From NCBI GenBank assembly GCA_030141605.1, contig JAQGDQ010000077.1, forward strand, positions 647,183 through 711,182: a stretch of 64,000 nt of DNA, in the 5' to 3' direction. Under the pieces are notes generated by a model. It made no database searches. It was not told where the DNA came from and was given only the letters and a program-made list of their open reading frames with translations. The stretch comes from Tubiluchus corallicola. Lineage: Eukaryota > Animalia > Priapulida. Positions 11,201 through 25,258 of the stretch are shown here, one piece after another (position 1 is the first letter of the stretch; every line of letters starts with the position of its first letter). Made by a program: the position numbers and the translations under genes.

Positions 11201-14200
11201 GTATGTTTGTAACATGAATGTGAATTAGCCATTTCTGTATTTACTTTGTAGGAAATTATTGCTTTGATGCATTAATTTCAAACCTTAACTTCTCTTCAAG
11301 TTACAAGAACTAGCTTGTCTATGAACATTTGATGAGTAGTATAACATTTTCATATCAAAACATGAAAGTTATTCTCTTCCTGTGCCAAGCGTGTTTGATC
11401 TGTAACAAAACTGACTTGTGGACGCGATGATTCACATCGTGCCTCTGAAGCGAATGTCTAAGAGGTCTCAGTGTGAAATTGTTTGTAAAAGCCCAGCAGC
11501 ACTAAGCCTTTGTAAAAAATCAATGGACGACTGCTAGGAAAGCTAATTCTAGACAATTTCCGTGTTACTCTGCCTGCCAGTTCATTCTTTGTTGAAGAAG
11601 AATGTCTGTACATCAGGACCAGCTAAATGCTACTGTTAGTTTAGTATTCAGTAGAAGGACTTCGCATCATATCATATTCATTCAAAATTAGTAGCTGGTC
11701 GTGCTGCTGAATATCGCATTTTGGCTTGCAGCTTGCTGTAGCAAAATGTTGGGCCATTTGACAACTGTCAGGAAAGAGCATCTTCTGATCATCAGCATCC
11801 TTCAATCTAAAACAGAAATTTTGGTGTTAAAGTATTAATTTGCTATGAAGCTGCTAGTGTCTTCCAAATACTTTCAAGCTGGTGCACCATTTAGCATTTT
11901 TTTGGTTCTAGCTTTCAATTTTTGACAATTCTATTTTTGCCATTTCAGATTTATGGAGCTGGTAGTATAGAACTTGTGCCTTCTTTCGTAATGCTTGCTG
12001 AGGCTTGCATGGGTAAGGTACATCATTCCGTTTCTGATTTATGATGATTAGATGCTTGGTGACAGGATTCTGATATTTGTGCATGCATTGTGTGCATGTC
12101 ATATATTACATTATAGAGCTTAAATTGTACATCACAATTATTGTTTGATGGTGATGGCTTCTATTTCCAAAAGTAGCTTATGGAATCAACTATTTTGTTC
12201 ATGGTTTTTCCTCTTGTCAAGCCTAGATGCTCTAGTGGATGTGCCATCTACTAGATTTAAATGTAACTTCAATGTTCTGTTACGGCCCAGTATATAGTAG
12301 CTGCTTTTTCACACAATTGCTAGGTGTTTTGTATAAATGTGCCAAAAAATGGCAAACTTTTGCAGCGTAACTTTAACGTGGAGTATATCAGTTCAGAAAT
12401 AACATAGAGCAATGAGTTTGGCATAAAAATTATCCTCGTGAAATGGAGGGTCAGGATATGTTAATAACTAGAAAATCCTTGCTGACATATGGAAGTTTTT
12501 ACGGTGCAAAGACACAAATCAATTTTCATTACACCTGTGCATCTATTTATTTAAATATGTAGTATTTTTGTTAAAATAGCAATTGCTAATCTGTACAGGT
12601 TTTTATATAAAATTGTAAATTGTATAGCTTGTGAATTTTGTTGAGGTGTATTACTGCTAGTGAATCATGCATATAACAATTGAAGAAACATTTTAATTCC
12701 ATTGCTTTAATTTTCTGTTATATTAACTTTTTAAGTATCTTATTTTTTACTGTGATAGTGCTCAAATGCTTTTGGATTAGTTGTAGTATTGTACTGGTCT
12801 CAAACTTGTTGGTGGTGCTGTTTGATTTGTGGTTTCTGCCAAGTTTACATAAACCACCAGAAATCATTAGTCGTGTGTAAAATGTCATACTTTTGAAGTG
12901 TAACAGCCAAAAAGATTGTGCTTTGAAAAGTGAAAAAACTCAGCAATCAGCTTGTTTATGTAGACACTTTAAGCAATTATTATGTATCTAATATGAGGAA
13001 ACCAATAATGTTGTTAGCCATGAAGCCATTGACTAGCTTTTCACTGTAACTGGAATGGAGCTTTATAGCTTGTGCTTATTAATTACCACATAATTTTATT
13101 GAGTTTAACTACATATGTTATATACAGGTTTTGATAAGTTCAGTGAAGCACGAGCATATTTGGCTCAAGCACAATGGACAGTAGCTAACCTATCAAACTG
13201 CAGCCTTTTAGTCATGGCGAAGCTTAACCGTCAGCTCGGTCGACTAAGTGAACTTCAAGGAAACTTGGCCGAAGCAAAACGATATTATTCTGAACAGGTA
13301 AGCATAAGTGTTATCTTAGAAAATAATAGTTTTTGGGAATTATATTGGATTTAGGTGGAGATTTATGTCTTTACTAGCCTTTGTAGGTGTTGGGAAAAAC
13401 TTAATCACAACTTTACAATGCACAACCAATTGAAATGTTTTGCTTCAAAAATGATTTAAGCTACAATATAGTAAGAGTTTAAATGATTTCAACACTGCTT
13501 GTGATTATTTGTATTTTTGGCCATCTATTCAAGTTAACTTCATTTTTCCCTAGAGCCGAAGTATAAGTCATTCTTTATGGAATTGTATGTTTTTTGCACA
13601 CAGCTTTTGAAAAATTCTTTTTTTTTGCTTTTGTAGATTTACAACTGCACCATGGCCTTGTCTGGTGATGATGTACATACATCTGTAGGTTATTTTCACC
13701 TGGCAAACATAAACATAAAGTTAAATCAGCTAGGAATTGCTGATTCACTGTACTCTAGGGTAATGTATATGCACTGTACTCATGAAATTGTTTATTTTGG
13801 GCTAGAATCTTACAGCGATTGGTACACATCACTTGTCTAGCTTATCACATATCTAGCTAGTAATGTAAGGATATTTTTCATAGCTTTTTCAGCCAAGCAA
13901 GCCAAACATGACACTTGATACTGTAAGAAAAGTTAACTGGGTCCCCAGACAGACCTAAATCTCTTGTTAGCATTAAATAATTAGATTATGACTGTGATTA
14001 CCAGAGTGTTTATAAACTTTTGCGGTTAGGTGGATTGTGTGCTACAAGGAGGAAATCTCTGGCCTGCTCAGTCATATTGAACTAGCAATTCAGCTGCCAA
14101 AGCATGGAAATACTAATTTTTCAGTGTGTCTTTTCTTTCTCCAACACATTACCCGCAATGGGCAATAACTGTTAAAAATAAACCTCTTAGTCATAATCCA

Positions 14201-17200
14201 ACTAATTAATGATATTGTTAGTTGCCAGCTCTCTTGTTAGCATTTGGTACTTTGATTATAAACAGATTTACCTACTGGTTAAAACACAAACCCCTTAAAC
14301 TTACTTTAAACATTTTGGGTAACTTGTCGTACTAACCTACGCTAAATGAGTGAAACCAATTATTAAAACATGGTAAATGACATGACTAATGCAGCATATT
14401 TGTAAGATATAAAAAAATTTAAGATTAATATTATTAATGTTTTGTACTGTGGAGTTTCCACAAACATAGTTATCACATTGTTTATCACATTGTTTTGGGA
14501 ATTTTTGCATTAATTTTGTCACTATTTAATATAATTCAGATTCAAAACTATATTTCAGTGAAGTTTTGAATTTTAGATTCTAATGCTGCATTTTTGAAAA
14601 ACTTATTGCCATTGTCATTATAACTGACTTTTTGAGCAACACCATTATGAGTAGCTTAATTTAAATGTGACAGGTTATAAAAATTTGGCGTGATTACCTT
14701 CAACATATCTGGGAAGAGATGAAGCTGGCAGCAACGAGACCAAAGAAACTGTTAGAAACAACAAAAGCCATTACTTTGGGTAAGTAGATCCATTTTTCAC
14801 ACGAGGTGTTGAGCACTAGTATAAGAGTGTCATAAGGTCTTATGTAACAGCAATTGCTACAGGCATTAATTAAGCTGTTTTCAAAGGAGTTGCTAGTAGT
14901 TATCAAAATAAAAGGTGCTTATGATTGCTATAGGCAAAGTGTAAAACCAGGTATTTTATAGAATGCTTAGGCATTTTATGTTGTGCCCAAACAGATCAGG
15001 TAAGCCATCTAAAATAGTTCCTTCTACATTTTTTCTTGGCATTATATATAATGCAAAAGTTTGTCTAGACGTAGTATGTAATTCTTAGGTAATTGCTGCA
15101 TTTTTTCTAGACATTTTATAGATTCCTAGATAAATTTTAGTTAGTGTAAAAATACAATAAATGTTCAACTGCTCTGATATAATTTTCCTAGCAGTTTTAT
15201 ATACTGCCAATATTATTTTACAAAATGTGTGACATTCAAATATGTCATGTTCCAATGTACTTGAAAATTTGGTAGTTATTACATTCCTTCTGCTTAGAAT
15301 TCACTAGAATTCTAGCATGAAACATGCTTTGACCCAGATGGCATTCCAGACATTTGGGTGGTGCAGTTGAGTTTCTCGAAACTTCATCTTGCCCTGTTAG
15401 TCCAACTTGTCATATTTTTTCTTTTATACTTTTTTATCGGCTTCAGTTTTTTAGGATTCCGTTGTGAATGGTCCAATGCCAGTGTGGATGCTGCTGGGCT
15501 TGGTTTTCTATTTGACTTTGTTTCCAGTTTATTTGAGTGTGATATTTTAGTTAGTTGTGGGATTAGTAAAGAGGGTTTGATGAGAAAGCCTGCCTGGTCT
15601 CGATTATTATGACATGCCATGACCAATGAAGACGATGTTTATGATGGTGACTCGGTGCTCTGGCTCTTTCGAGACAGCTTCTTTAGTGACATACTAGTCG
15701 AATTTGATATTTAAGATGGAGGGGAAGGCTTGTTTATAGAAAAGTTCTCACTTTTTGATGCCACGATAAATATAGAGTCCAAGTTTTGCAGCCATATAAA
15801 GCAAATGTGAGATGATGACAGCTTAATAAACCAGAAGTTCATTTAGAACTTTGCTCTTAAAGATTCATTTTGTAAGTTTTCCAAAACCACATGAGCTTGT
15901 TGGAGAGCAGGCTTCCTAGGTATGGAAAGTGGTCTACCTAATTGAGCAGTATGTCAGAGGTGGCAATGTTGCATTCATTGCCAACAAAACAATTAACTCT
16001 CCTGCTTACTTGAACTGCTTGCTTGATTTAGTACATTAACTTAATCCATCTTATGCAGTCCATATGATGTCTAAGTAAGGTATAAAATATCTATGAAAAG
16101 TTTGGTTCAACACGAATTATGTTCATTTTACACTTTGCCAAATTCACTTTATGCATTTTATTTAAATCCTAGCTATTATGTAAAACATCTAGATAAGGCG
16201 TCAAAGTATTACAACAAAAAGTCTATTTCACCATTTTCTCGCAATGTGTAAGTGTTGAATGAAATGCCTAGGAACTTTGTAAAATGTCTAAATTTACACA
16301 TTGCCTGTAACGTAGACACAGCATTAGCCTATTGTGTTGACATTCATGAAGTGCCTCACCACCACCACCACCACCACCATCACCAACCATCAGCACCACC
16401 ACCACCACCACCATCACCACCACCACCACCACCACCACTACCACAACCTCTACCACAGTGGCTACCACTAAAATTTTGTATGATCTAACTTGTCCTATCT
16501 TGATTATTTAGGCTACAGTTATTTGTGCAAATCCGAAACACAAAGAACTATACATTTCTATGTTCAAAAATTTAAAATTTGCTCCTTCTCTAAATAGAAG
16601 CTCTAACAAGGCAGGGCAGAAACAGTCAAAGCCCTTTTTGGCAGCAATTTTCAACCATAGGCTGCTTTATAGGAAATTTTTAACAACACAACAATGCTGA
16701 TATGTTATAAATAATTAACAAGATATTATTATAGCAATTTTTTGATGTTTTGGATCGAGTTCGTCCATTGACCACGAATGGTAGAGGTTGAAGTGTATGT
16801 TATTAAGTAAAGCAGTAGTTGCATTTATGCCTAGTAGAAATCATTTTGCCAGGAAGAAGACCAAGAAAAAAAGACTGTGTAAACAACACTCTGTTTTGAG
16901 AACAATTTAGATTCTCCTAGCATTCAAGTTGCTTTTGTTTCGTTCAGCTAGTTCGACAAACATCAACGTTCCTGACGGGGAATAGCTTATGTGCTGAAAA
17001 TGACAGATAAAATTATTCTTTGTGGTTCACAGGTTTGTTTTCTTTACACAATAGGTGAAGAATGGGAAACAGAAGCTTTGCGGATTTTGCAGTCTATTCA
17101 TGCCTGGTATGAAAAACATTCAGAGGAGTACCCAACTCACTGTACACAATCGGCGGAAGTACTAGACTTGCATTATAACATTATGCATTGCCAAGTTTGT

Positions 17201-17323
17201 CCAGTTTCTCCAGTTAGAACTTTAAAACCTGAAACGCAAGATACACCAACGCTCTCGTCGCAAGACACATTGATTTCATCACCAGATAAAATACCACTGG
17301 ATGATGCATATGCTTCAGACTAG
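8268..17323 (+). CDS. ZMYND12: Zinc finger MYND domain-containing protein 12; exons 8268..8461, 9763..9904, 10359..10466, 11949..12012, 13128..13297, 13637..13759, 14674..14779, 17055..17323 (1176 nt, 391 aa)
   Basis: MYND finger CELCKKPAMVGCPECKLTFY|CTVAHLEKDFNTIHNKLC, then ZMYND12-typical segments EDAIPAVLQSLKF, YGAGSIELVPSFVMLAEACMG, YLAQAQWTV, TSVGYFHLANI, ADSLYSRVIKIW and EAL-RILQSI. The frame is continuous across all exons. Intron 1 is GC-AG, the others GT-AG. Confidence 0.92.
12140..12360 (-). mobile_element. Possible Penelope-like (GIY-YIG) remnant in ZMYND12 intron 4
   Basis: Minus-strand fragments QLCEK..YTG..RTLK and FHKLLLEIEAITIKQ resemble GIY-YIG endonuclease motifs; heavily degenerate. 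Confidence 0.35.
15300..15925 (-). mobile_element. Decayed RTE-clade LINE, 3' end of ORF (in ZMYND12 intron 7)
   Basis: Frameshifted minus-strand pieces read LGSLLS, FGKL, VYxAVIISH, YGCKTWTLY, SILNIK, HRLHWSWHV and a terminal FHARI. These follow the order of RTE RT C-terminal motifs (YLGS, LLYGCETWT, ILNIxW, LRWxGHV, SRIGL). Confidence 0.7.
16357..16470. repeat. (CAC)n microsatellite
   Basis: Direct reading; explains the poly-His/Pro/Val ORFs. Confidence 0.9.
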
Positions 17324-19671
17324 GTATTGACAGCGTGCTCGGAATAGATAGAATTATTTCAAATACATTAATAGTTTGAAACAAAATGAAATGGTTATTT
17401 GGTTACATGTTTACCTGCAAATACATTGGTACAGTTTGATTACTATATAGGAGGAGTTTATTTTTGCTTGGTGATGTGTTTGATTTCTAGCAGATAATTT
17501 TTGAACTATCCAGTGTTATCTGGTATTCAAAGTAATACAGTCCTGAAAAATATGTTGCAACCTACTTATTTAAAACTAAATTTTGTTTTTTATTTCTGCT
17601 TTTTGCTCCTGTTGTGGCTAAACTACATTTTATATTTATAAAAAGTATTCAGTATTTTAATTTGTTTCATGCATAGGTTTGTTATTCAAAATTGGTTTTA
17701 TATAATTATTGTTATGTTTATCAGCATTTTTATACTCCTTTAAAGCTTATTGTTACTCACTATTGTTACAGTTCACTGTTTATTGCACATTCTATATACT
17801 CCATTTTGATTATGTTTCCTTACCTTCAGACCATATTAGCCATATGTGCATTTTTAAAAATATTGTATTTAACAAATGTGAAAGCAATTTGCAAGTGTGA
17901 ATATTACCATAATTTTACCTTTGTTGTGTACCTAATAAGTTTGTAAAAATGTTAATTAGCTTGTATTAATAATGTTGGTTATTGTTGTGCCGCTCATAAA
18001 AAGAAGCTGCTCAGTATTGTGTTGGCATCCTTACTGAAATGGTTTCCATTGACCTTTATGGTAGAGAGGTCAAGCCTAGTTGCCATTCCTTACAAGTCAT
18101 AAACACAGCTACTCTGCTCGATTAATAATGATCGTAACTGATAACGTCTTCTTTATAATTAGGTGGTTTAGTAAATAATATTGCTAATGTAGCTATCTGT
18201 GTAAGAATGTATAGTAGCTTGTCTCATGGCAGATTGTGTTGTGTTATAATAATACTGTAATTTCTGTCACTGTCATTGTATTAGTTTAAATTACTATTAG
18301 ACAATGCTGATTTTACTAGCGTTAGAATTGTCGCTTTTAGTAAAAAATGTTCAGAAGTATTAAACAGCAAAGAAAGAGCTCCCATTGCTGAAACTAGCTG
18401 TGATTCACTACACAATGTACCATCGTGCTGCTAAGTCCTTAGCTTGTTGAACTGCTGGAATTTTCATCTGTCTATTTAGCTTACTTTTGTTTTGCAATTT
18501 TGCAGTAAAGGTTCACCTAGGCTATAACTCTCTTAGACTATAGTTTTATGCAGTCTTAAGTACATGCCAGTGCATACTTATTTCAATCAAAAATAATTTT
18601 CAATGGTAAAAACTGCAAAATCATTACATTCCATCCAGTTGTTTTTTCGCTTCTCTAATCATTTCTGTAAAAGCAATAGTCATTGTATTTTTGGTTTACT
18701 GCGTAGATAATAATACTAGTCATACCATTGAGTAAATAATATTTGTACCTTATCACGCAAATAAAAAGTGTTTTCATTTCTTCAAAAAAAATGTTTTACT
18801 TTTTTAAGGGATATTTCATTGATGGGTAGAAACCGTTCTTATTATCAGCAAGAAATTTAAGAAAGCAGCAAACCTTTTTGTGCATTTCAGAATTCCGCAA
18901 AAGCAGGCACTAACTGTGACAGGACCAGAACCAAGAAGCTCCTAGAATAATACTCTGGAATGAGACACTAAACTGGGGGCGGTGCCAGCCATACAGAGAT
19001 GTTATTATAGTCCTGTCCCAACAAGGTAAACGCATAGTAGTATGGTAGCTGGTACTTCCCAGAAGCAGTTTGCTGGTGTCTTCTTCCATTTAATGATCAT
19101 GCTCAGCCTTGCTTGTCTACTGACACTTGATTACTCAACCATTTCCCTTGCCTAAGTTATGATATGGATTTAAATCTGGGACTTTTTGGTCACAGTGCAT
19201 TAATTGTCGAGAAAGCTCGAAGGGAGTTTTTGCTACATTCTGGGTAGGATGGCTATAGACGCCCTCAGTCATTAACTATAAATACTAATTAATTGTTACT
19301 TGTAATACTTAATGACACATCGCCTGATTAGACTACTATTTGGCTATTAGAAGGAAAACGTGTACAGAATTTGATCTTGACTTCGCAAACTTTCTTTGCA
19401 TTCTGTGTACAGCTGTTTTTTCTTGTGTCATTTGGCGACAGTACTTGTCGAGTGACATGGTAAATCAGATTTGTCAACTGCGCGAATGTGTTTTAGTTAT
19501 TGGTACAAATTTTTTTTTGATGGGATCTCAAACAGGGGTCTTTTTTTCCTGATGATGTACTTATCAGAAAAACCCGTAAAGATAGAAGCTGAATGTCGAA
19601 TATTGGATGTCGCGGTACAAGTTTACTTTGCAGTCGGAGTCGGCAAGACCCTCGTAGTGTCTGCATTATGC

Positions 19672-19784
19672 ACCAAATTCGTGGACATTTTATCAGGTTA
19701 CCATAGGTGCGAATTAGGTTATATATATATGCTATAAACTATTTCGCACCTATGGTAACCTGATAAAATTTCCACGAATTTGGT
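19672..19784. repeat. Near-perfect inverted repeat/hairpin (42 bp arms with 1 mismatch, extendable to ~52 bp), probable collapsed MITE
   Basis: ACCAAATTCGTGGACATTTTATCAGGTTACCATAGGTGCGAA ... TTCGCACCTATGGTAACCTGATAAAATTTCCACGAATTTGGT, in a TA-rich context. Confidence 0.85.
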
Positions 19785-20087
19785 ATATGTATATATATAT
19801 GGTCCAACAATTACATTTTCACTGCACAATTTTATTTTCGCTAATTGCTTAATAATATAATGAAGTAATATTATTATCTGCTTTGATAGTTTGATATGAC
19901 AAGTCGGCTAAAACAGCATTAAGCAAAAAAGGTTTAAAATTCACAAACCTGGAAAATGCTGGACAGTGAAACGTTTATTTTGGTTTTAATATATCGGTCT
20001 TTTTAAGTTATAAAGCTAATCCGAATGTAATGCATTAAAATGAGTTATATCTCGAGGAGAATAGATAAGTGTTCACTGTGTATATTT

Positions 20088-20145
20088 AGCGACCACGGTT
20101 AACCAACGCTAAAGTTGGTCAGTGAATGTGTGGGTGACCTCTTGC
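20088..20145 (+). mobile_element. 5S rRNA-derived SINE fragment (degenerate A/IE/C box region)
   Basis: ACCACGGTTAACCAACG..GGTCAGT..TGGGTGACC resembles the 5S internal control region (GAAGTTAAGCA..GGTTAGTACTTGGATGGGxGACC). It is too diverged and too short to be a 5S gene. Confidence 0.4.
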
Positions 20146-21559
20146 TTGATGCAATACTCACACGGGACAGCTTAATTCGTTCAGCATATTGATTCTAGTT
20201 ATCTTTTGCATTGATGGAGGATGTGATCACATCCAAACGTGGCTGAGACACCTTTGGCTGTTCAGTGCTTCACATTATGTGAATATTCTTAATTGTGAAT
20301 CAGGTCTGGTCCGGCCACATCCATTTTAGTTAATTAATTTATGTAAAGTTTATTACAACACATAAACAAGCTATAGAAGGGTAAAAATTTACGCGAAAAA
20401 ACTAATGATCTCTGCGCGGCATGCACTAGCTATTAAAACGCTACAAATATACAGAAAAATTATAATAATATAATACAAATATATGCAGAATTTAAAATTA
20501 CAAACCGGTTAAAAACCAGCGGTTACCACATCCATAAATCAGACCACCTCCTAAATATTCTAGTATATAAAATAGTAATCAATTGTATAAAAAAACTACC
20601 CGGGCCTAAATTTTTTAAAAGACATTGCAGATTTAGACCATTTCGTTTTCATTTATAAATATAGCAACAGTCTGTTCAACAACAGCGAATGTCTAAATTC
20701 AAATTTATAGAGCGTTCACTAGGAAAGCAAGGAAAAGTGGACTATTGGGGAAAATTTATTCTGGTAAATCATCCTACACTTTAGCTACATCTTTCAGGGC
20801 GAGTAATTCAAAGTATAGGCACGATAAAATTGAATAAAAAGTTTGATCAATGTATGTTGAGCGGCGATGGTTTATAAATGTATGCGTCATATGTAGTGAA
20901 CTTAGCTTTTTGAATGCAAATACCGACATTTTTTTCTCAGAAATTAACTAGACACTAAGGTTTCGTAACTTGTATACATCTCTGTGACGGGACGAAATCT
21001 GAATTCACTATTACCACTTTACCCGCTTTGAAAATGTTAGACTTGGGAAATGTAATTGTGCGGATGCGACTAGTAACTAATGGGCACATTACTGGATTTG
21101 AAGAACTGGCTAGAGACGCGTAGGTTCGCTGATTTAATGTTGCGTGGAGGTTATACAATTGCAATACGATTAAGCAGTATGCGACACGATGAAACCCACT
21201 GGAAATAAGCCTTATTTACTCTTTCCTCAATGGATAGTCTATATTCATAAAACTTCACTCCAAGTCTAGACAAAATTTAATTTTTTCCGCACTTAAAAAT
21301 TATAATGGATGAACATGAAATCACTGTTTTTGAGAGTTGAGAGTTTGAGAGTAGAAATGCGATAGTACCTTCCGTGTTATAATGTAAATCAGAACCAAGC
21401 TGCACTCTGCAATGTAGAGCAGAAAATCACGATTAATTCATTCAGTTTTTCGCCTCACATTAGCTGTTAGTTCAGTTTTAAAATTCGTGTTTCTTGCTTG
21501 TCTCTCCTCTACTTTCGACTCGTTTTCGTGCCATCGGTTCTTCAAATTTTTTGTCCTTT

Positions 21560-21563
<4 letters not shown>

Positions 21564-21643
<80 letters not shown>
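21564..21643. repeat. (CT)n microsatellite in a pyrimidine-rich tract
   Basis: Direct reading. Confidence 0.95.
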
Positions 21644-21645
<2 letters not shown>

Positions 21646-21761
21646 TCTATTTATTCTATTTAATTCTATACTTTCTCCTCGTTTCTTTTTCTTTCTTCTG
21701 CTCTCCATTTTTTACCTTTATTCTCTCCTTTTCCCCTCCTTTTACTCCTTTTTCCTGAGTT

Positions 21762-21880
21762 GTGTGGTCGAGTGATCTAAATCTCGGGCACTGCAACCAC
21801 GCAGTCTTGAGTTCAAGACTAGAGGCTGCCAGTACCATGGCATATACCCTTCGGCGTCAATCCTATGCTATAGGATTATA
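21762..21880 (+). mobile_element. tRNA-derived SINE head
   Basis: A-box-like TGGTCGAGTGATCT and B-box-like GAGTTCAAGAC at tRNA spacing; no intact cloverleaf. Confidence 0.45.
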
Positions 21881-22399
21881 CACTACATGTTATACATTAC
21901 TTGTGCATTTCGACCTTACTTGTATATGCATTGTTGTAGCCGTTAGTTAGCCGTTTGTCTGTTAAATGAGCGACAGTAAACAAATGTTTGTTTTTTAATT
22001 CCTTTCCTTTCTATCTTTTCACCTCCATTCTGCTTCTTTTTTCTATTATGTTTGCCTTCATTTCCTTTCATTTCATTTCCTTTAGTTCCCTCCCTATTTC
22101 CCTTTCCTTACTTTGCCTTCTTTTGCTTTTCTTTTCCTTATTTCGTTTCTTTTCGTTCTTTTCATTTCATGTATAAAGTACTTCATTTCATTTAGCATTC
22201 ATTTACACTCTACTCCGTGAATCACCTATTAGTGAATATCTGTGGTTTCAATTGACTTAGATAAGTAAAAGTTTCACACTAATCACCTACCGAGTATCTT
22301 TAGTAAATGTATTAAGTTTTCACTCTAAAAGTAATGGTGTTTGGTTACTTGACTCAGGCTAGAATTGCCCAGAACGTGCTAACGAAACAGCTTAAGTTA

Positions 22400-23000
22400 T
22401 TTATCGTTTGGCTAGTCGCACATCTCTGCTTGTAGAATGCAGCTCCAGTGGATTATTATATTACATTTTCGGTCACTTCTACTCTTTTAAAGTCTTACGT
22501 ATAGAACATATGTGCATAAAAATAATGTGAAGTTCATATGTCAAAAATACAATATACATTATGCATTGATGATATCTAAGCCGAAGCTTGTCCGGTCACA
22601 ATCATTTAAAGAGGAATCCAAACTAACCGAGTATAAAATTTCTAATGTATCTCTGGCCGTGGATATTCTAAATACAACAGAAGCAAGTGAATTGCTCTTT
22701 TAGTAACTTAGCTGAATTAAATGAAATTTTAACGTTTATTATGGAGGATTAATTACACACAAGTAATTTTATGGCGTTTTAAGTAAAATTTTTAAAGTTA
22801 ATAATTGTCATTTCTGTCTCGTTATTGTTTTGTGTTTTCCGTCGTATAATTTTGTGTCTAGTGTATTGTAAATGTGTCACTTGTACAATTGTAAATGTAT
22901 TGTAAATGATTATAGTTGTAAATATTACTAATGTACTGTGTGACAGTGTTGTATTAATCTACGTTTAAGTGCGAGTAAGCAATAAATAAATAAACAAATA
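22400..23000 (+). mobile_element. Possible 3' remnant of an L2/CR1(Crack)-type LINE
   Basis: Degenerate fragments FKVLRIEH, VKFIC and NVSLAVDILN, followed by a TGTA-rich 3' UTR and an AATAAATAAATAAA tail at ~22981. Confidence 0.35.
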
Positions 23001-25205
23001 TTAGTTCTGTGCTCGCAGACCGAATAAATTTAATGATCTCGTGTCCAAGTTCAAAGCTGCATATTGCTAACAGAAGCTATTAAATAATGCCCTAAGATTG
23101 GCCAGTGAAGACGATGATGAAAAACTTTAGCGATCACTATGTCACAGAGCCCCTTTAAAAGGAGTCTTACATAACCTCTATTTCAGTATCACCGTTTAAC
23201 CTTAATTGCAATGTTAAAGTTAAACTTAAACGTTATTATAATCCTAAACCTATTCTGCTTTTTCCACGGTTTAGGACACATTGCAATTTCAAATTCCACC
23301 TCTTCTTACTACGCCTGTGAATAGGCAAAAAAAGTTTACAGACTGAAGTAACACAATTCAGCGATTCTACAACAAGTAAAACGTAGTTACTGGAGAGCTG
23401 AAAATGCAATGAAGCCATAAAGGCAAGATGCTTGCTTAACATGTTCATCCATTTTGTTAGAAACAAATTTGTGCTTCGGTTTGATGAACGCTTTTCAGTG
23501 ATTACCAGAATGTTTACGCTTGCTAGTGTAGGGGAGCGTATGAAAGCATGTTGACATAAAATGTAAGTAAAAAAATCGATCATTAATAAAATGAAGCCAC
23601 AGATATCATGATGAAATTTGTTGAGTTTATATGGCGGATTGCATGCCAGGTGTGGCATTTGTGACAGTCATTTTTTACTAAGTTCTGCTTGCTTTTGTGC
23701 TCATTTATTTACAAGTTTTGCTCTTATTGTTATCTGTGTTTTTTGCATGTTTCTGGACCTACTGTTGTTTGTCGTAAGTTCACTCATTTTGCTTCTGTTC
23801 CGTGCTAATCTTTGTAAGATTTGTACCTTGCCAGTTTGGTTGCATTTTTACCCTTTTTAACTTTTTCCCTACGCTTACTATTTTTATGCCGTCAATTTTC
23901 AAGCCTACATTGCCATGTTTTTGGCAACATATATAAATGGCGACATAACGACGATGGTGATGCTGATGTTGATGACGTAAATGTTGATATCATCTTTATG
24001 ATATTACAATTATCATTTTGACAACGATGATATTGGTAATATCATAAAGATGACGATGATGTTGACAATGATGTTAGCGATGATGAAAAGAGGAAGCTAA
24101 ACATTGTGGAAAATTTTGTTTTTGAAAACCATGTGGGAATGCTAGAAATCTGCCGTAACCAGTGTACACTCACGATCATTACATGCAGTATGAAAATCAT
24201 TATAGGCCCAGTGCTGCTTTTATGACACCTGCCATATTTTGTAAAATTGCATTCGATAATTATATTAATCTCGCAGAGCAAACACATTTACTTGCTTATC
24301 GAATTGCCAAAGCCATCACACATTAGCTCATTTTATGTGATGTGCTATTTTATTAGCACTTGTTCGGTAAACCGAATATAAAAGCAAATCCAAAATTTTC
24401 TTCCTATGCTATGCCTAATTTAATAACAACAGGAGTAAATTTTCATACACTTTACATCTTCTAGTATTGTTGATCTAATTATGAAACATGCTCGCAAAGC
24501 AAACGAAATTGTGACATGCGTTTTCATTAGGTTGGGCGTGAGATTAGATTCACTTTAGTAATTCGTTTGTGTGTGTATTGTTGCCGCTTTACAAACTTAA
24601 TTAAATTAAAGTGCTTCAGTTTTCTTTACGCTGAGAAGCAGATGGGCATGATTCGTGAAGTGACAAAACGAATTGAAAGACCGAAGATGATGGCTTCAGA
24701 ACTATGGGAGCTGTTATGTAATATGGTACGGAAATAATTCCTGGGAAAAATCGTATGTCAAAAATAGTCATGCTAGTGCGAGTGTACACCTGTCGTTACA
24801 AAAACAATAATAATTGATTACTGATATTGAATGGGTTACTCGCGCACACGCCTCACGTACGCACTCATTCATGCACATATGCGCGTACACTTTGCATAAA
24901 ACTGCTGTAACTACCAAATTCTAATATTCCCACGTATACATACATACATAAAATAAATATGCCGTTTAGAAAACGCTAATTGCAATTCCTACCAAACCCA
25001 GCACTAACCTCTCGTACTGGTAATCTAGTGCAAATTAGAACTAACAATAAATACAGAAATAATTCTTTATCAAAACAAATTGTTTCACTACGGAACACTC
25101 CACCGAAAGAAGATAAAAATACAACAACTTCACTTTACTTTAAAATAAAATTAAAAGAAAATCTTAACCAGATTTAGATATCCTTAGATTTACTACCAAC
25201 ACGAC

Positions 25206-25207
<2 letters not shown>

Positions 25208-25257
<50 letters not shown>
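25208..25257. repeat. (TA)n microsatellite
   Basis: Direct reading. Confidence 0.95.

Positions 25258-25258
<1 letters not shown>

Noticed and set aside
16252-16488. Poly-His/Pro and poly-Val ORFs
   Set aside because: Translations of a (CAC)n microsatellite in ZMYND12 intron 7; no splice support.
21478-21775. ER/SL dipeptide-repeat ORFs
   Set aside because: (CT)n microsatellite artefact.
21762-21830. Possible tRNA genes (also 36578..36640 and 49795..49868)
   Set aside because: A/B boxes are present but acceptor and anticodon stems do not pair; treated as SINE heads.
23236-23658. 140 aa ORF with QHAF..RSTNL, reminiscent of CR1 reverse transcriptase
   Set aside because: Motif spacing is wrong and there is no downstream DFSKAFD; insufficient to call.
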